Assembly (NCBI RefSeq): GCF_963921235.1
Contig: NC_086100.1
Location: 198,588,001 to 198,652,000 of the forward strand
Origin: Mobula hypostoma
Taxonomy: Eukaryota
DNA length: 64,000 bases
Direction: 5' to 3'
The notes under the pieces were generated by a model, which had not been told where the DNA came from, made no database searches, and saw only the letters and a program-made list of their open reading frames with translations. The translations under genes were made by a program, and so were the position numbers. Shown here in pieces: positions 49,300 through 60,600 of the stretch (within the stretch, counting starts at the first letter, position 1; each line of letters starts with the position of its first letter).

Positions 49300-50180
49300 C
49301 AGTGTACTGGGAAGTTTTAACCTCGCAAGACATATCTGCACACCGCAGTTAGGCTGTGTGGCCTGGCGACGCCTTTAACGGGCGGTCCCAGGTCAAATAA
49401 TCGGCTACAGCCATCACAATGACAGCCAGCGTAGGCGAGGCTAAACCGCATGGGGGGCTCTGGAGGCGGGGAGCCGCAAAGAGTGGCGTTCTGCGAAAGG
49501 TACGTCCGGAGATCGTTCCAAATCGCGGCCGGGCGCTGCGGAAACCTCGAACTCCGATAGCTGTACCCTCGGACACCCCGTACATCGTACAACCGCACCG
49601 AGTGAGTACACGTCGTATAGCCTGTACACGCCCCCACCCCCGCACCCCGTACTGTATACCAGTCTCCCTATAGGTCTGCACCCCATTTCTCCTTTGTACC
49701 CGATTTTCTACAGACGGGATCTGAGCGAACCCCAACACCCTCCCGTTGGGGAACCGAACCGACTCCCTTCTTGCAGACTCTCTGTTCTCGGCCCCACCGT
49801 GTGTCCGGTGTGTCTCAGTCACTCCAGGGACACCCCCTACCCCCGGTCTCCCCGCCGGTCACCCCTCCTGTCTCGCTATTGGCGCCGCTTCGCGCTGTGA
49901 TTGGTCCGGCGCCCTTACTGTTGCCGTCACTATAGAGACGACTCCGCGTCCTCATGATTTAAAGGGATGGGCACCAGCTCCTCGAGGGGAGGACAATGAA
50001 GTCGGCTCAAAGGTATGGAGGACGGCCCGGGGTCACTGAAGGCAGGTGGGGAGGTGGGGAGGTGGGGAGGTGGGGAGGGAGTGGGCGACCCATTAAGTGC
50101 AGCAGCAGCAGCAGCAGCCGCCGCCGCCACCGCCGCCGCCGCCCCAGCAGCAGCAGCAGACGACCAGAGGTGGAGCGGAG
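49300..50180 (+). promoter_or_regulatory. CpG-island promoter of ANKRD53 with two inverted CCAAT boxes, an RFX X-box-like palindrome and candidate first exons
   Basis: The most CpG-rich stretch in the window; ATTGG at 49878 and 49900; GTCACTATAGAGAC at 49926-49939; donors aag|gtacgt (49499) and aag|gtatgg (50012). Confidence 0.7.
50100..50159. repeat. (CAG)6-(CCG)n-(CAG)n compound trinucleotide repeat
   Basis: cagcagcagcagcagcagccgccgccgccaccgccgccgccgccccagcagcagcagcag. Confidence 0.85.
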
Positions 50181-50522
50181 AGGAGAGGAGAGGTCCCCCC
50201 ACCCAGCCTGACCCCCAGCTCAACCACTTCGCTGGCCTCTCCCCATATCCCAAGAGAACAGAACATAGGCCACCATGTTGATGCCGACCCATGCGAATTT
50301 TAACTGGTCCCTTCTGCGGACAACGAGACGGTGTACAGAGAGTAGGCGGCGCGGATGGTAGAATGGTACGAGCGCACAACTTGAGTCTCAGAATGGACAA
50401 GACCATAGAGGTGATTGTGGACTTTAGGAAGGTGCAGGCTGACCGCTCCTCACTGAACAAACACGGCTCCTCCCTGGAGGGAGGTAAATAAAGGCATCAA
50501 GTGTGCTTGAAGGGAGATCTCA

Positions 50523-51228
50523 ACACAGAACATAGAATAATACAGCACAGTACAGGCCCTTCGGCCCACAATGTTGTGCCGACCCTCAAACCCTGCCTCC
50601 CATATAAGCCCCCATCTTAACTTCCTCCATATACCTGTCTAGTAGTCTCTTAAACTTCACTAGTGTATCTGCCTCCATCACTGACTCAGGCAGTGCATTC
50701 CACGCACCAACAACTCCCTGAGTAAAAAACCTTCCTCTAATATCCCCCTTGAACTTCCCACCCCTTACTTTAAAGCCATGTCCTCTTGTATTGAGCAGTG
50801 GTGCCCTGGGGAAGAGGCACTGGCTATCCACTCTATCTATTCCTCTTATTATCTTGTACACCTCTATCATGTCTCCTCTCATCCTCCTTCTCTCCAAAGA
50901 GTAAAGCCCTAGCTCTCTTAACCTCTGATCATAATGCATACTTTCTAAACCAGGCAGCATCCTGGTAAATCTCCTCTGTACCCTTTCCAACACTTCCACA
51001 TCCTTCCTATAGTGAGGTGACCAGAACTGGACACAGTACTCCAAGTGTGGCCTAACCAGGGTTTTATAGAGCTGCATCATTACATCACGACTCTTAAACT
51101 CTATCCCTTGACTTATGAAAGCTAACATCTCATCAGCTTTCTTAACTACCCTATCCACCTGTGAGGCAATTTTCAGGGATCTATGGACATTAACCCCCAG
51201 ATCCCCCTGCTCCTCCACACTACCAAGT
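50523..51228 (-). mobile_element. Young 5'-truncated CR1 LINE
   Basis: Intact 210-aa RT C-terminus; TSD atctca at 50517-50522 and 51229-51234. Confidence 0.88.
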
Positions 51229-51605
51229 ATCTCAGTGCCAGAGATGCAACCACTTCAACTCCACCTCTTTAGTCAAGAAAGCATGGCAGCGCCCTCACTT
51301 TCTGGGGTGATTGAATCTCCCCCCTCCATTCTAACCAATTTTTACTGGAGCATGATTGACCCAGTTGCAGCACCGTCTGGTATGGGAATTGCAAGGCACC
51401 TGACCTGAAGTCCCTCCAAAGGGTTGCAAGGGCTGCTGAGAGGGTCATCGGGGTCTCATGGTAGGCTGATCCAGAGCATTAAGATGTATGGGATAAGTAG
51501 GAAGGTTCCAACAGCAGTCTAGGTGGAGGATCTCGACCCAAAACATTTACTATACATCTCCATCCTTAGATACTGCATGACCTGCTGAGTTCTTGCAGCT
51601 TTTGG

Positions 51606-52365
51606 TGTCATGGTCCGGTCCGTGAAATCCACATTCCAGTTCATGGTCTGGTTCAGTGATCCTTATTCCGAGTTTTCCTGTTTTCCCTTGTTCCATTGGG
51701 TGCCTTAATTGAGACACCTGATTCTCGTTTTGGGCTGGCACATAAATACCTCTGCAAACCAAGGATTCCCGGCTGGACTATTCTCATCCCCTCCCCATAT
51801 GAATCCCTGACAATTTCCTCGGCAAGTTACCTTGGCAGTCATCCCAGCCCTGTGTCCAAGGAAGGGTCCTGGCTCCGTACCCAAGATCCTAATCAAGCTG
51901 ATTCCAAGAGCTGAGCCAAACCTAGTCCAGGAGTCATGTCCTGTGCTGGAGATCCCTCATCCAGTCCAGCAGTCTCTTGTCTTGTCCAAGCCATGTCCAA
52001 GAATCTCGTCCTGTCCAAGTCAAGGCTTTGCGTTCTCATCCTGTCCTTGTGCAGGAGTTCCATATCCAGTCCTGTAGCCATGTCTTGTCCTCACCTAGAT
52101 CCGGGGTCCGAGCCCAAGTCAAGACCCAGGTTCTGGGTCCTCATCCAGTCTCTGGCTTGATTCCAAGTTCCTTGTCCTGGTCCCGTTTTCCTAGTCTTAG
52201 TCCTAGCCTAGGCCCGGTGTCCTTGTCTCATCCAGGGCCTGTATCCATGTCCAGCATTGTTTCTTCCTGACTCCCCTTGCTTTCTTGATGAACCTTGTCC
52301 TATTCCTAGTACCTCAGTGTCTGTGTCTTGCATTTGGGTCCACTTCCAACCACCCCCTAATGACA
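51606..52365. mobile_element. Solo LTR (Gypsy-like), 760 bp
   Basis: tgtca...tgaca termini, perfect 5-bp TSD tttgg, TATA-like cataaata at about 51741. Confidence 0.75.
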
Positions 52366-52409
52366 TTTGGTCATTTCTCCATCCATTGTCCAGCATGGAT
52401 AGAAATGGC

Positions 52410-52950
52410 TGCAGTGTGCGACTCCCAGTTCCCATTTCAACATGGCGGTCTCTTTTTCTACCACGATGATGCCAATTCAGGTTGGAGGAGAAACACCTCA
52501 TAGCCTCCAACTTGGTGGCATGAACATTGATTTCTCTAACTTCCTGTAAGTTCTTCCCCTCCTTTTTTTTTCTCTTCTTCATTCCTCATTCTGATTCACC
52601 TCTCACTCCTTCTCTTCTCGTCCCCTGCCCATCACCTTTCTCCGGTGCCCCTCCTCTTTCCCTTTCTTCCATGGTCCACAGTTCTCTTCTATCAGATTCC
52701 TTCTACTTTAGCCCTTTATCTCCCTCACCTATCACCTCCCAGCTTATTTCATGTCCCTCCCCCACCCACCTACTTCCCCCTCACCTGGTCTCCCATCACC
52801 TGCCAGCTCATACTCCTTCCCCTCCCCCACCTGATTGCAGCTTCTACCCCCTCCCTTTCCGAACCTGATGAAGGGTCTCAGCTCAAATTATCGAAAATTT
52901 ATTTCCCTCCACAGATACTGCCTGACGCACTGAGTTCCTCCAGCATTTTC
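52410..52950 (+). mobile_element. Degenerate Penelope-like 3' fragment
   Basis: caggttggaggag...ggcatgaacattgatttctctaacttc, a pyrimidine-rich UTR and a decayed cctgatgaagggtctc motif. Confidence 0.6.
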
Positions 52951-53885
52951 AGTGCATTGCAGTGTGAGTCCGGTCCACTGAATGGATCTACAGTTACACA
53001 CCCAGGTTTTCTGCACATTTCCCCAATTTTTTTTTCCCACCAAAGAGGATAAGGGAAGCAAATTGCCCTCTAAAGCCCCACACCAGCCAGACTCGGGAAC
53101 ACACAGGCGTCCCTTCACTGTCACAAGCAACGTTCCCGGGATTTTTTTGGCAGCTGCACTGACCAATCCCAATCCCAATCTAACCAGGAATTTTTTTACA
53201 CAGTCTGAAACCTGCGTGGCTCTTTAAATTATTTTCTTTTGTAATATGTATACTATGAATATCCAGAATGAAAACTGAAAAATAAATCGCACGCTTTAGA
53301 TGTAATTTATTAATTGAAGATTATAATGAAATACTATACAACAAAGAAAATCTTGCACGTTTCGTAAACTTTTTTTCTAGCCGCGTCCAATTCCAGCCGC
53401 ACAGCAACAAAGGCTATGTGCGCAGGAGCATTTCAGTCACTGTGCGGCCGTGCATCTGCGCAGCTTACAGCAAACAGTGGTCACTGGGTCAAATTATTTA
53501 AAGCAGTTCAGCAGTGAAATCAGGATCCGAATCAGATTTATTAGCACCCATGTATATTGTGAAGTTTGTTGTTATGTGGCAGCGGTACACAAAATAAGGT
53601 TAGAAGAAGATATCCATAGGGCAAAAAGAGAGAAAGATACTGAGGTAGTGTACATGGGTTCATTGTCCATTCAGAAATCTGATGGCGGAGGAGAAGATGC
53701 TGTTCCTGAATCGTTCGGAGTGGGTCTTCAGGCTCCTGTACCTACTCCTTCAATGGTAGCAAGGAGAAGAGGGTCCTTGAGGATGGGTAAACACAAGGAA
53801 ATCTGCAGATGCTGGAATTTCAAGCAACACACATCAAAGTTGCTGGTGAACGCAGCAGGCCAGGCAGCATCTCTAGGAAGAGGTA

Positions 53886-53923
53886 CAGTCGACGTTTCGG
53901 ACCGAGACCCTTCATCAGGACTA
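53886..53923 (-). ncRNA. Minimal type I hammerhead ribozyme (Penelope-associated), intact core
   Basis: The minus strand reads UAGUC-CUGAUGA-A-GGGUCUCGGUCC-GAAACGUC-GACUG: stem I, both core boxes, stem II, ACGU palindromic helix III and a GUC cleavage triplet. Confidence 0.75.
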
Positions 53924-54513
53924 ACTGAAAGAAGAGATAGTAAGAGATTTGGAAATGGGAGGGGTGCCTCTTCTTGAAGGTGTCCTGGATGATGGGCATG
54001 CTAGTAGCCATGATGGAGCTGGCTGAGTTTACAAAATTCTGCACCTTTCTCTGATCCTGAGCAGTGACACCAGGATCTGTAGAAATTTGCAAGAGGTTTT
54101 GGTGATGCACCAAATCTCCTTGAGCTCTGAATGAAATATAGCCACTGGCATGCTTTCTTCCTCCTCACATCAATGTGCTGGGCCCAGGGCAAATCTTGAC
54201 AGATGTGGACACCCATGAACTTTCCGTTGCTGGCCCCCACGATGAGGACAGGCTCCTTCAACCTCCCCTGCCTGAAGTCCACAATCAATTCTTCTTACTG
54301 ACACTAAGTGTCAATTTGTTGTGTGACAGCTCGCTCAAGCCAGATTGCTGGGGCCTCGGGGAATCTGGGCGTGTGTTTCACTGAGCTACTGTGTGCGCTA
54401 ACACTACCTCTACTCCCAGGCCGAGCTTCAAGGACACGTGAGGCACCATGACAGAGCAGTGACTCCCCCACCCCGTCCCCGTTCAGCCACTGCGGCTCTT
54501 GGTCAGGAGAGGA

Positions 54514-54657
54514 ATGGTCAGGAAGCGAGGCCAGGTCAAGAAATGGAACCGGACGGCGATTCTGAGCGACGAGCTCATTGCCGCCACCATAGGGGACGTC
54601 GACTGGCTACGGCTGAGCCTAAACAAGGCAAAGGGCAAAGTGGCAGTGGATCGGAAT
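54514..54657 (+). CDS. ANKRD53: ANKRD53 first clear coding exon (MVRKRGQ...VAVDRN)
   Basis: ggaATGG Kozak context, aat|gtgagt donor; candidate acceptors at 54419 and 54486. Confidence 0.85.
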
Positions 54658-57600
54658 GTGAGTAGGTGCCCCGGGTCCTGTTCGTCAATCGTCATGTCTT
54701 CTCCTCCCCATCCTCACTGTCAACGCGTCCCTGGTCCTCACCGTTCCTCCCCTCCTTACCGCAGGTGATCGCTCCGCAGCACCCACGTAAATGCAGCATG
54801 TATCCCCATGGTTGGTACTCTAACTGAATCAGTCCAGAAGGGGTGGGGGTCTCCCTGACCCAGAAAGTCTAGAATCACAAATAACACACATCAGCTAGAA
54901 GAATTCATCATGCAAGGAAGAGATAGAGTGTGGAACTTCCTCTACATTGTCCCATCACACACTCCTGGGGTCAGACACAGAGTGAAACTCCCTCTACACC
55001 ATCACATCACACGCTCCTGGGGTCAGACACAGAGTGAAGCTCCCTCTACACTGTCCCTTCACACACTCCTGGGGTCAGACACAGAGTGAATCTCCCTCCA
55101 CACTGTCCCATCACACACTTCCGGGGTCAGACACAGAGTGAAGCTCCCTCTACATTGTCTCATCACACACTCCCAGGGTCAGACACAGAGTGAATCTCTC
55201 TCTACACTGTCCCATCACACACTTGCGGGGTCAGACACAGAGTGAAGCTCCCTCTACATTGTCTCATCACACACTCCCGGGGTCAGACACAGAGTGAAGC
55301 TCCCGCCACACGGTCCCATCACACGCTCCTGGGGTCAGACACAGAGTGAAGCTCCCGCCACACTGTCCCGTCACACACACCCAGGGTCAGACACAGAGTG
55401 AAACTCCCTCTGCCCCATCCCATCACACACTCCTGGGGTCAGACACAGAGTGAAGCTCCCTCTACACCAGGGGTTTCCAACTTGTTTTATGCCATGGACC
55501 CCAACCATTAACTGAGGTGTTAATGGAGCCTCGGTTGGGAGCCCCTGCTCTATACTGTCGCATTACACACACAGTCTTGTAGGATCTGCAAAATCAAAAA
55601 GCAAAGAGTAAAGCTTGGTGAATAATCAGAGTGGGTGTGAGAATTAGACTCCAGTCAGTGTCTGAGTGTGCTGTTTAAAGCGGTGGTGATATATCTAACC
55701 CAGTGTCTCTCCGTCCTCTACCCTACTGCCCCAGGGTTACAACGCCGTGCACTACGCTGCTCAGAACGGGCGTCTGGAGTGCCTGCGGGTACTGCTGGAG
55801 GAGTACAACATGGATGTGAACCTGCCTGACCTCCAGGGCTACCGGCCCATCCACATGATCCTCAACAAGGAATGTCAGTTCTGTGCAGAACACTGCCTCA
55901 ACTACCTGCTGGATATCGGCGCCGACCCTAACGTGTACGTAGCCAATGGCACGTGCTGAGGGGGGACCCCGCCGAGCCTCAGGTGGTCGGTGGCAGCAGT
56001 GACTTTGCCGCACGCTGCGGAGGCAGTGTGGTGTGGTCGGCACCTGCCCCTAAGAGGGGTAATTAGAACATACAACACAGAACTGTTGGCAGTGATGGGG
56101 GAGAGTGTCTGTGGCCTGTGGGAGGGGATTCAGTAGGTGGGGGGGGAGAGTCGAAGATGGGGAAGATTGATCGTGGTCTGTGAGATGGGGTTCAGTGGAT
56201 GGGGAGAGTCGGAGATGGGGGAGAGTGTCCAAGAGCAGTGGGAGGAGATTCAGTGGGTGGGGGTGAGTCGGGGATGGGGAGAGTGCCCGTGAACTGTGGG
56301 AGGGGATTCAGTGGGTGGGTGGGGAGAGTCGGGGACGGGGGAAGAATGTCCGTGGGCTTTGGGAGGGGATTCAGTAGGTGGGAAGAACCATTCATGGAGA
56401 GAGCATCCATGGGCCACAGGAGGTAATGCAGGCTGAGAGGCGTAGAAGGCTAACCTTGTGGCGGGAGGGGTTGGAGTGATATCTGACCTTGTGGAAGAGA
56501 GGGTTTGGGGAATATTTCACCTTGAGAATGGGAGGGTTTGGCGTGATATTTGGCCTTGTGGAGGGAGGGGCTGGGTGATAATTGACCTTGTGGAAGGGAG
56601 AGGTTAAAGTGATATTTGACCTTATGGAAGGAAGGGGAAGGGAAGATATTTGACCTTGTGTAAGGGAGGGGTTGAGGTGATATTTGACCTTGTGGATGGG
56701 AGGGGATGGGGTGATATTTGACCATGTGGAGGGAGGGTTTGAGGTGATATTTGACCGAGTGGATGGGAAGGTGTGGGTGATATTTGACGATGTGGAGGGA
56801 GGGTTTGAGAAGATATTTGACCTTGTGGAAGGGAGGGGTTGGGGTGATATTTGACCTTCTGGAAAGGAGGGGTTGTGATAATATTTGACCTTGTGGAAGG
56901 GAGGGTTTGGGGTGATATTTGACGATGTGGAGGGAGTGTTTGAGAAGATATTTGACCTTGTGGAAGGGACATCGGTCCGTGAGCTGTGGAGATGATTCAA
57001 GGGGGACAGTTGGAGAAGACTAACCATAATGAGATGATATTTGCGACCTTCGCTTTCCATGATCCTTTCCAAACTCTAGTAACCATTCCTTCTCTTCCAG
57101 GCAGACCATCGATGGGCAGTCTCCACTTCACCAGGCCGCCGAGGTTGGCTTACTAGACTGCATCACCACACTGGTGGAAGCGGGAGCCAATGTCAAGGCT
57201 AAAGATAGGAAAGGGCAGATACCCTATGACCTTGCTAAGCTCTGGGGTCACCGGACATGTGCAAGGTTAGCTCAACAATCTCTACTCGAGACCTAGCTCA
57301 CTGACCGCACTGGTCGAATCATGTCATAGAATATTGATCATGGAGCATGCAACATGTAACATTGGCCAAACAATAGAAAGTGGGAACGTGGTTTCTTAAA
57401 ACTCTGGTTAGACCACATCTGGAGTTTCTCATTCGGTTCTGGTCATACCCAAGTGCTTTGGACAGCGTGTGTAAGAGGTTTACCACGATGATGCCTGGAT
57501 TAGAGGGCGCATGCTCTAATGAGAGGTTGGACAAATGTGAGTTGTTTTCTCTGGAGCAGTGGAAGCTGAATGGAACCCTGACAGAGGTTTAAAAGATTAT

Positions 57601-60600
57601 GAGAAATTGACGAGTGGACAGACAGTATCTTTTTCCCAGGGTTGAAATGTCCAATATCAGAGAACATGCACTTAAGATGAGATAGGGCAAGTTCAAAGGA
57701 GATATGTGGGGAAGTTTTTTTTTACAGAGGAAGTGGTTGGTGCCTGGACCTTGCTGCCTGGGGAGGTGGTAGAGGCAATTAGAATAGAGGCATTTAAGAA
57801 TCTCTTAGGCAGAAGGGTCTAGTTGTCATTAGTTCAGCACATGCTCAGCACAGCATTGTGGGCCGAAGGGCCTGTATTGTGCTGTAGGTTTGCTATGTTC
57901 TATTTTCTACAACATCAGATTATCAGAATCAGGTTTAATATCGCCAGCACATGTTGTGAAATTTGTTGTCTTTGCAGCAGCTGTACAAGGCAATAATAAT
58001 AGAAAAAAAGTGAGTTACAGGAAGTAAATATATATTAAATAGTTAAAATAAGTAAGGAATGCAAAAATAAAAATAAAAAGGTAATGAGATCATGTTCATG
58101 GGTTCAATATCCATTCAGAAATCTGATGGAAAAGGGGAAGAAGCTGTTACTTAATCATTAAGTGTGTGTCTTCAGACTCCTGTTTCTCCTTCCTGATGGT
58201 AGCGATGAGAAGAGGGCATGAACTGCGTGATGGGGGTCCTTAATGATGGATGCCACTTTTTTGAAGCATTGCTCCTTGAAGATGTCCTCGATACTACAGA
58301 GGCTAGTACCCATGACGGAGCTCACTGCAGCTCCTTATGATCCTGGGCAGTCACCATTTCCCACACCCCCCCCCCCCCCACCCCATACCAGACAGTGAAG
58401 CTGCCGGTTAGAATGCTCTCCACAGTACAGCTGCAGAAACTCATGAGCATCGTGGGCTGGGGGGGGCCCGTTTTTGTGCTGTACCGTTCTGCGTTCCATG
58501 TTTCAGAGAGCAAGAACAGGCCCTTCGGCCCAAAATGTCTGTGCAGACCATGACAGCAAATTAAATTAATCTCTTCTGCCTACACATGATCCACACCCCT
58601 CCATTCCCTACACATCCATTTTATTTACTGATTGAGATAGAGCGTGGAATAGGCCCTTCCGGCCCTTCGAGCTGTGCCATCAATCCCCCAATTTAATCCT
58701 CGCTACCAACCAGTGCATCTTTGGACTGTAGCAGGAACTGGAGCACCAGAGGAAACCCACGCCGTCATGGCAGAACGTACAAACTCCATATAGGCAGTGC
58801 TGGGAATTGAACCTAGGCCACAGGTACTGTAAAACGTTGTGCTGACCACTACACTGCCGTGCTGCCCTGGATAGATAGGCATCCTTCCAAGTGTCTCTAA
58901 GTGTTGAGGTCATATCCAGTACCACTTCCACAACCACTCCAGTCACCCACAACTCTGCGTAAAATAATTTGCCCCAAACTTGCCCCCTTTTGCTTTAAAC
59001 GCGTGCCCTCTATTATATGAAATGTCAAACCTAGGAAGAAGACTTTGTCTACTCTACAGTGCCTTGAAAAGTATTCATCCGCCAACACTTTGAATTGATT
59101 TGAATGAGTATTACTTACATCCTTCATATACATGAGGAGAAAAAAATCTTAGTTCACATACAGAGAGATCCTGGTTAAAAAAAACTGATAGCCTCTAGCA
59201 GAAAACTTAAACTGGGGAGGAAGTTCATCTTTCAGCAGGGCAACGACCCAAAGCTCACTGCCAGAGCAACCATGGAGTGGCTTCAAATGAAGAAAATTGA
59301 TGTCCTTGAGTGGCCCAGTCAGAGTCCTGGCCTTAATCCAATCGAACAACTCTGGCAAGACCTCAAGATTCTGTCCCCCCTTGCTCCCCAACTAACCTGA
59401 CACAGCTTGAGCAACTTTGCAAGGAGGACTGGGCAAATTTTGCTCCACCACGCCATGCAAAGCTAATAGAGACTTATCCAAAAAGACTACCGGCTGTAAT
59501 AGCTGCGAGAGGTGGTTTAACTGAGTACTGAGCAAAGGTGGATGAATTCCTTTGAATGGCTGACATTTCAGTTTTTGAATTTTTAGTTTTCCATTTCCTG
59601 CTTTTTGGGCCCCACTGTGAAAAACTGGGTGGCAGGGTGGAGATAAATTTCTACCGAAAGAGGTGCAAGGCACTTCTTCTCTCTGCTCACCTACAGGTCA
59701 CTCTTAGGCAAGGTGTGGCAACTACTTTGCACCCCTGTCCCCCCGCCACCCCTCGGATCACTGTCATAAAAGCCATGGGAGCAGGTGGTGGATGGTCGTA
59801 TGAGCAGCTGGTGCAGATCACAAGTCCTGGTTATGTGACCACTGACGCCAGGCAGACAATCTCTGAAGAGTATTGATAATGGCTGAGGCCACCCATCTTG
59901 TTAAGACACAGTCCAGAAGAAGGCAATGGCAAACCACTTCTGTAGAAAATATTTGCCAAGAACAATCACAGTCATGGGAAGACCACGATCACCCACGCCA
60001 TCCAGACATGGCACACAATGATGATGATGGCTGTGGAAAAAGGAGCATGGGATTAACAAATAAAAATTCTCGGTTAAATTGATCAAAATCCCTGGTTATA
60101 CTCATTTACGTGATCAAAGGGTTGGGGGCTTCATATTTTTTACAAGGCAATGTAGCTATGCCTCTCATAATCTCATAAACCTCTGTCAGATCTCCCCTCA
60201 ACCTCCGATGCTCCAGAGAAACTAACCCAAGTTTGTCCAGCCTCTCCTTATAGCTAGTGGTTTTTAGTTCAGACAGCATCTTGGTTCAAGTTCAATTCTA
60301 TTGTCATTCACCTGTATACCCAAACCCTCTTCTGTACACTCTCCTCAATCACTCCATTCTACCTGTAACAGGGTGGCCAGCACTGCATGTAATTCTCCCC
60401 GTGGTCTAACCACTGTTTATCTGACTGCAATGTGACTTTGTGACTTGTATACTCTGTGCCCCAAGCACGCTGTACACTTTCTTCAGTACCCTGTCTACTT
60501 GTGTTTCCACTCTGAGAGCTGTGGACTTTCACCAAATGATCCCTCTGTTCGCTGAAACCTATCAAACGTTGAAAGGCCTGGATTGGATGTGGAGAGGATG

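Noticed and set aside
49317..49822. Divergent minus-strand gene in the CpG island
   Set aside because: The ORFs show no recognisable homology, and long ORFs are expected by chance in GC-rich DNA.
50097..50303. Huntingtin exon 1
   Set aside because: No MATLEKLMKAFESLKSF N-terminus, no ATG in the polyQ frame and no downstream HTT exons.
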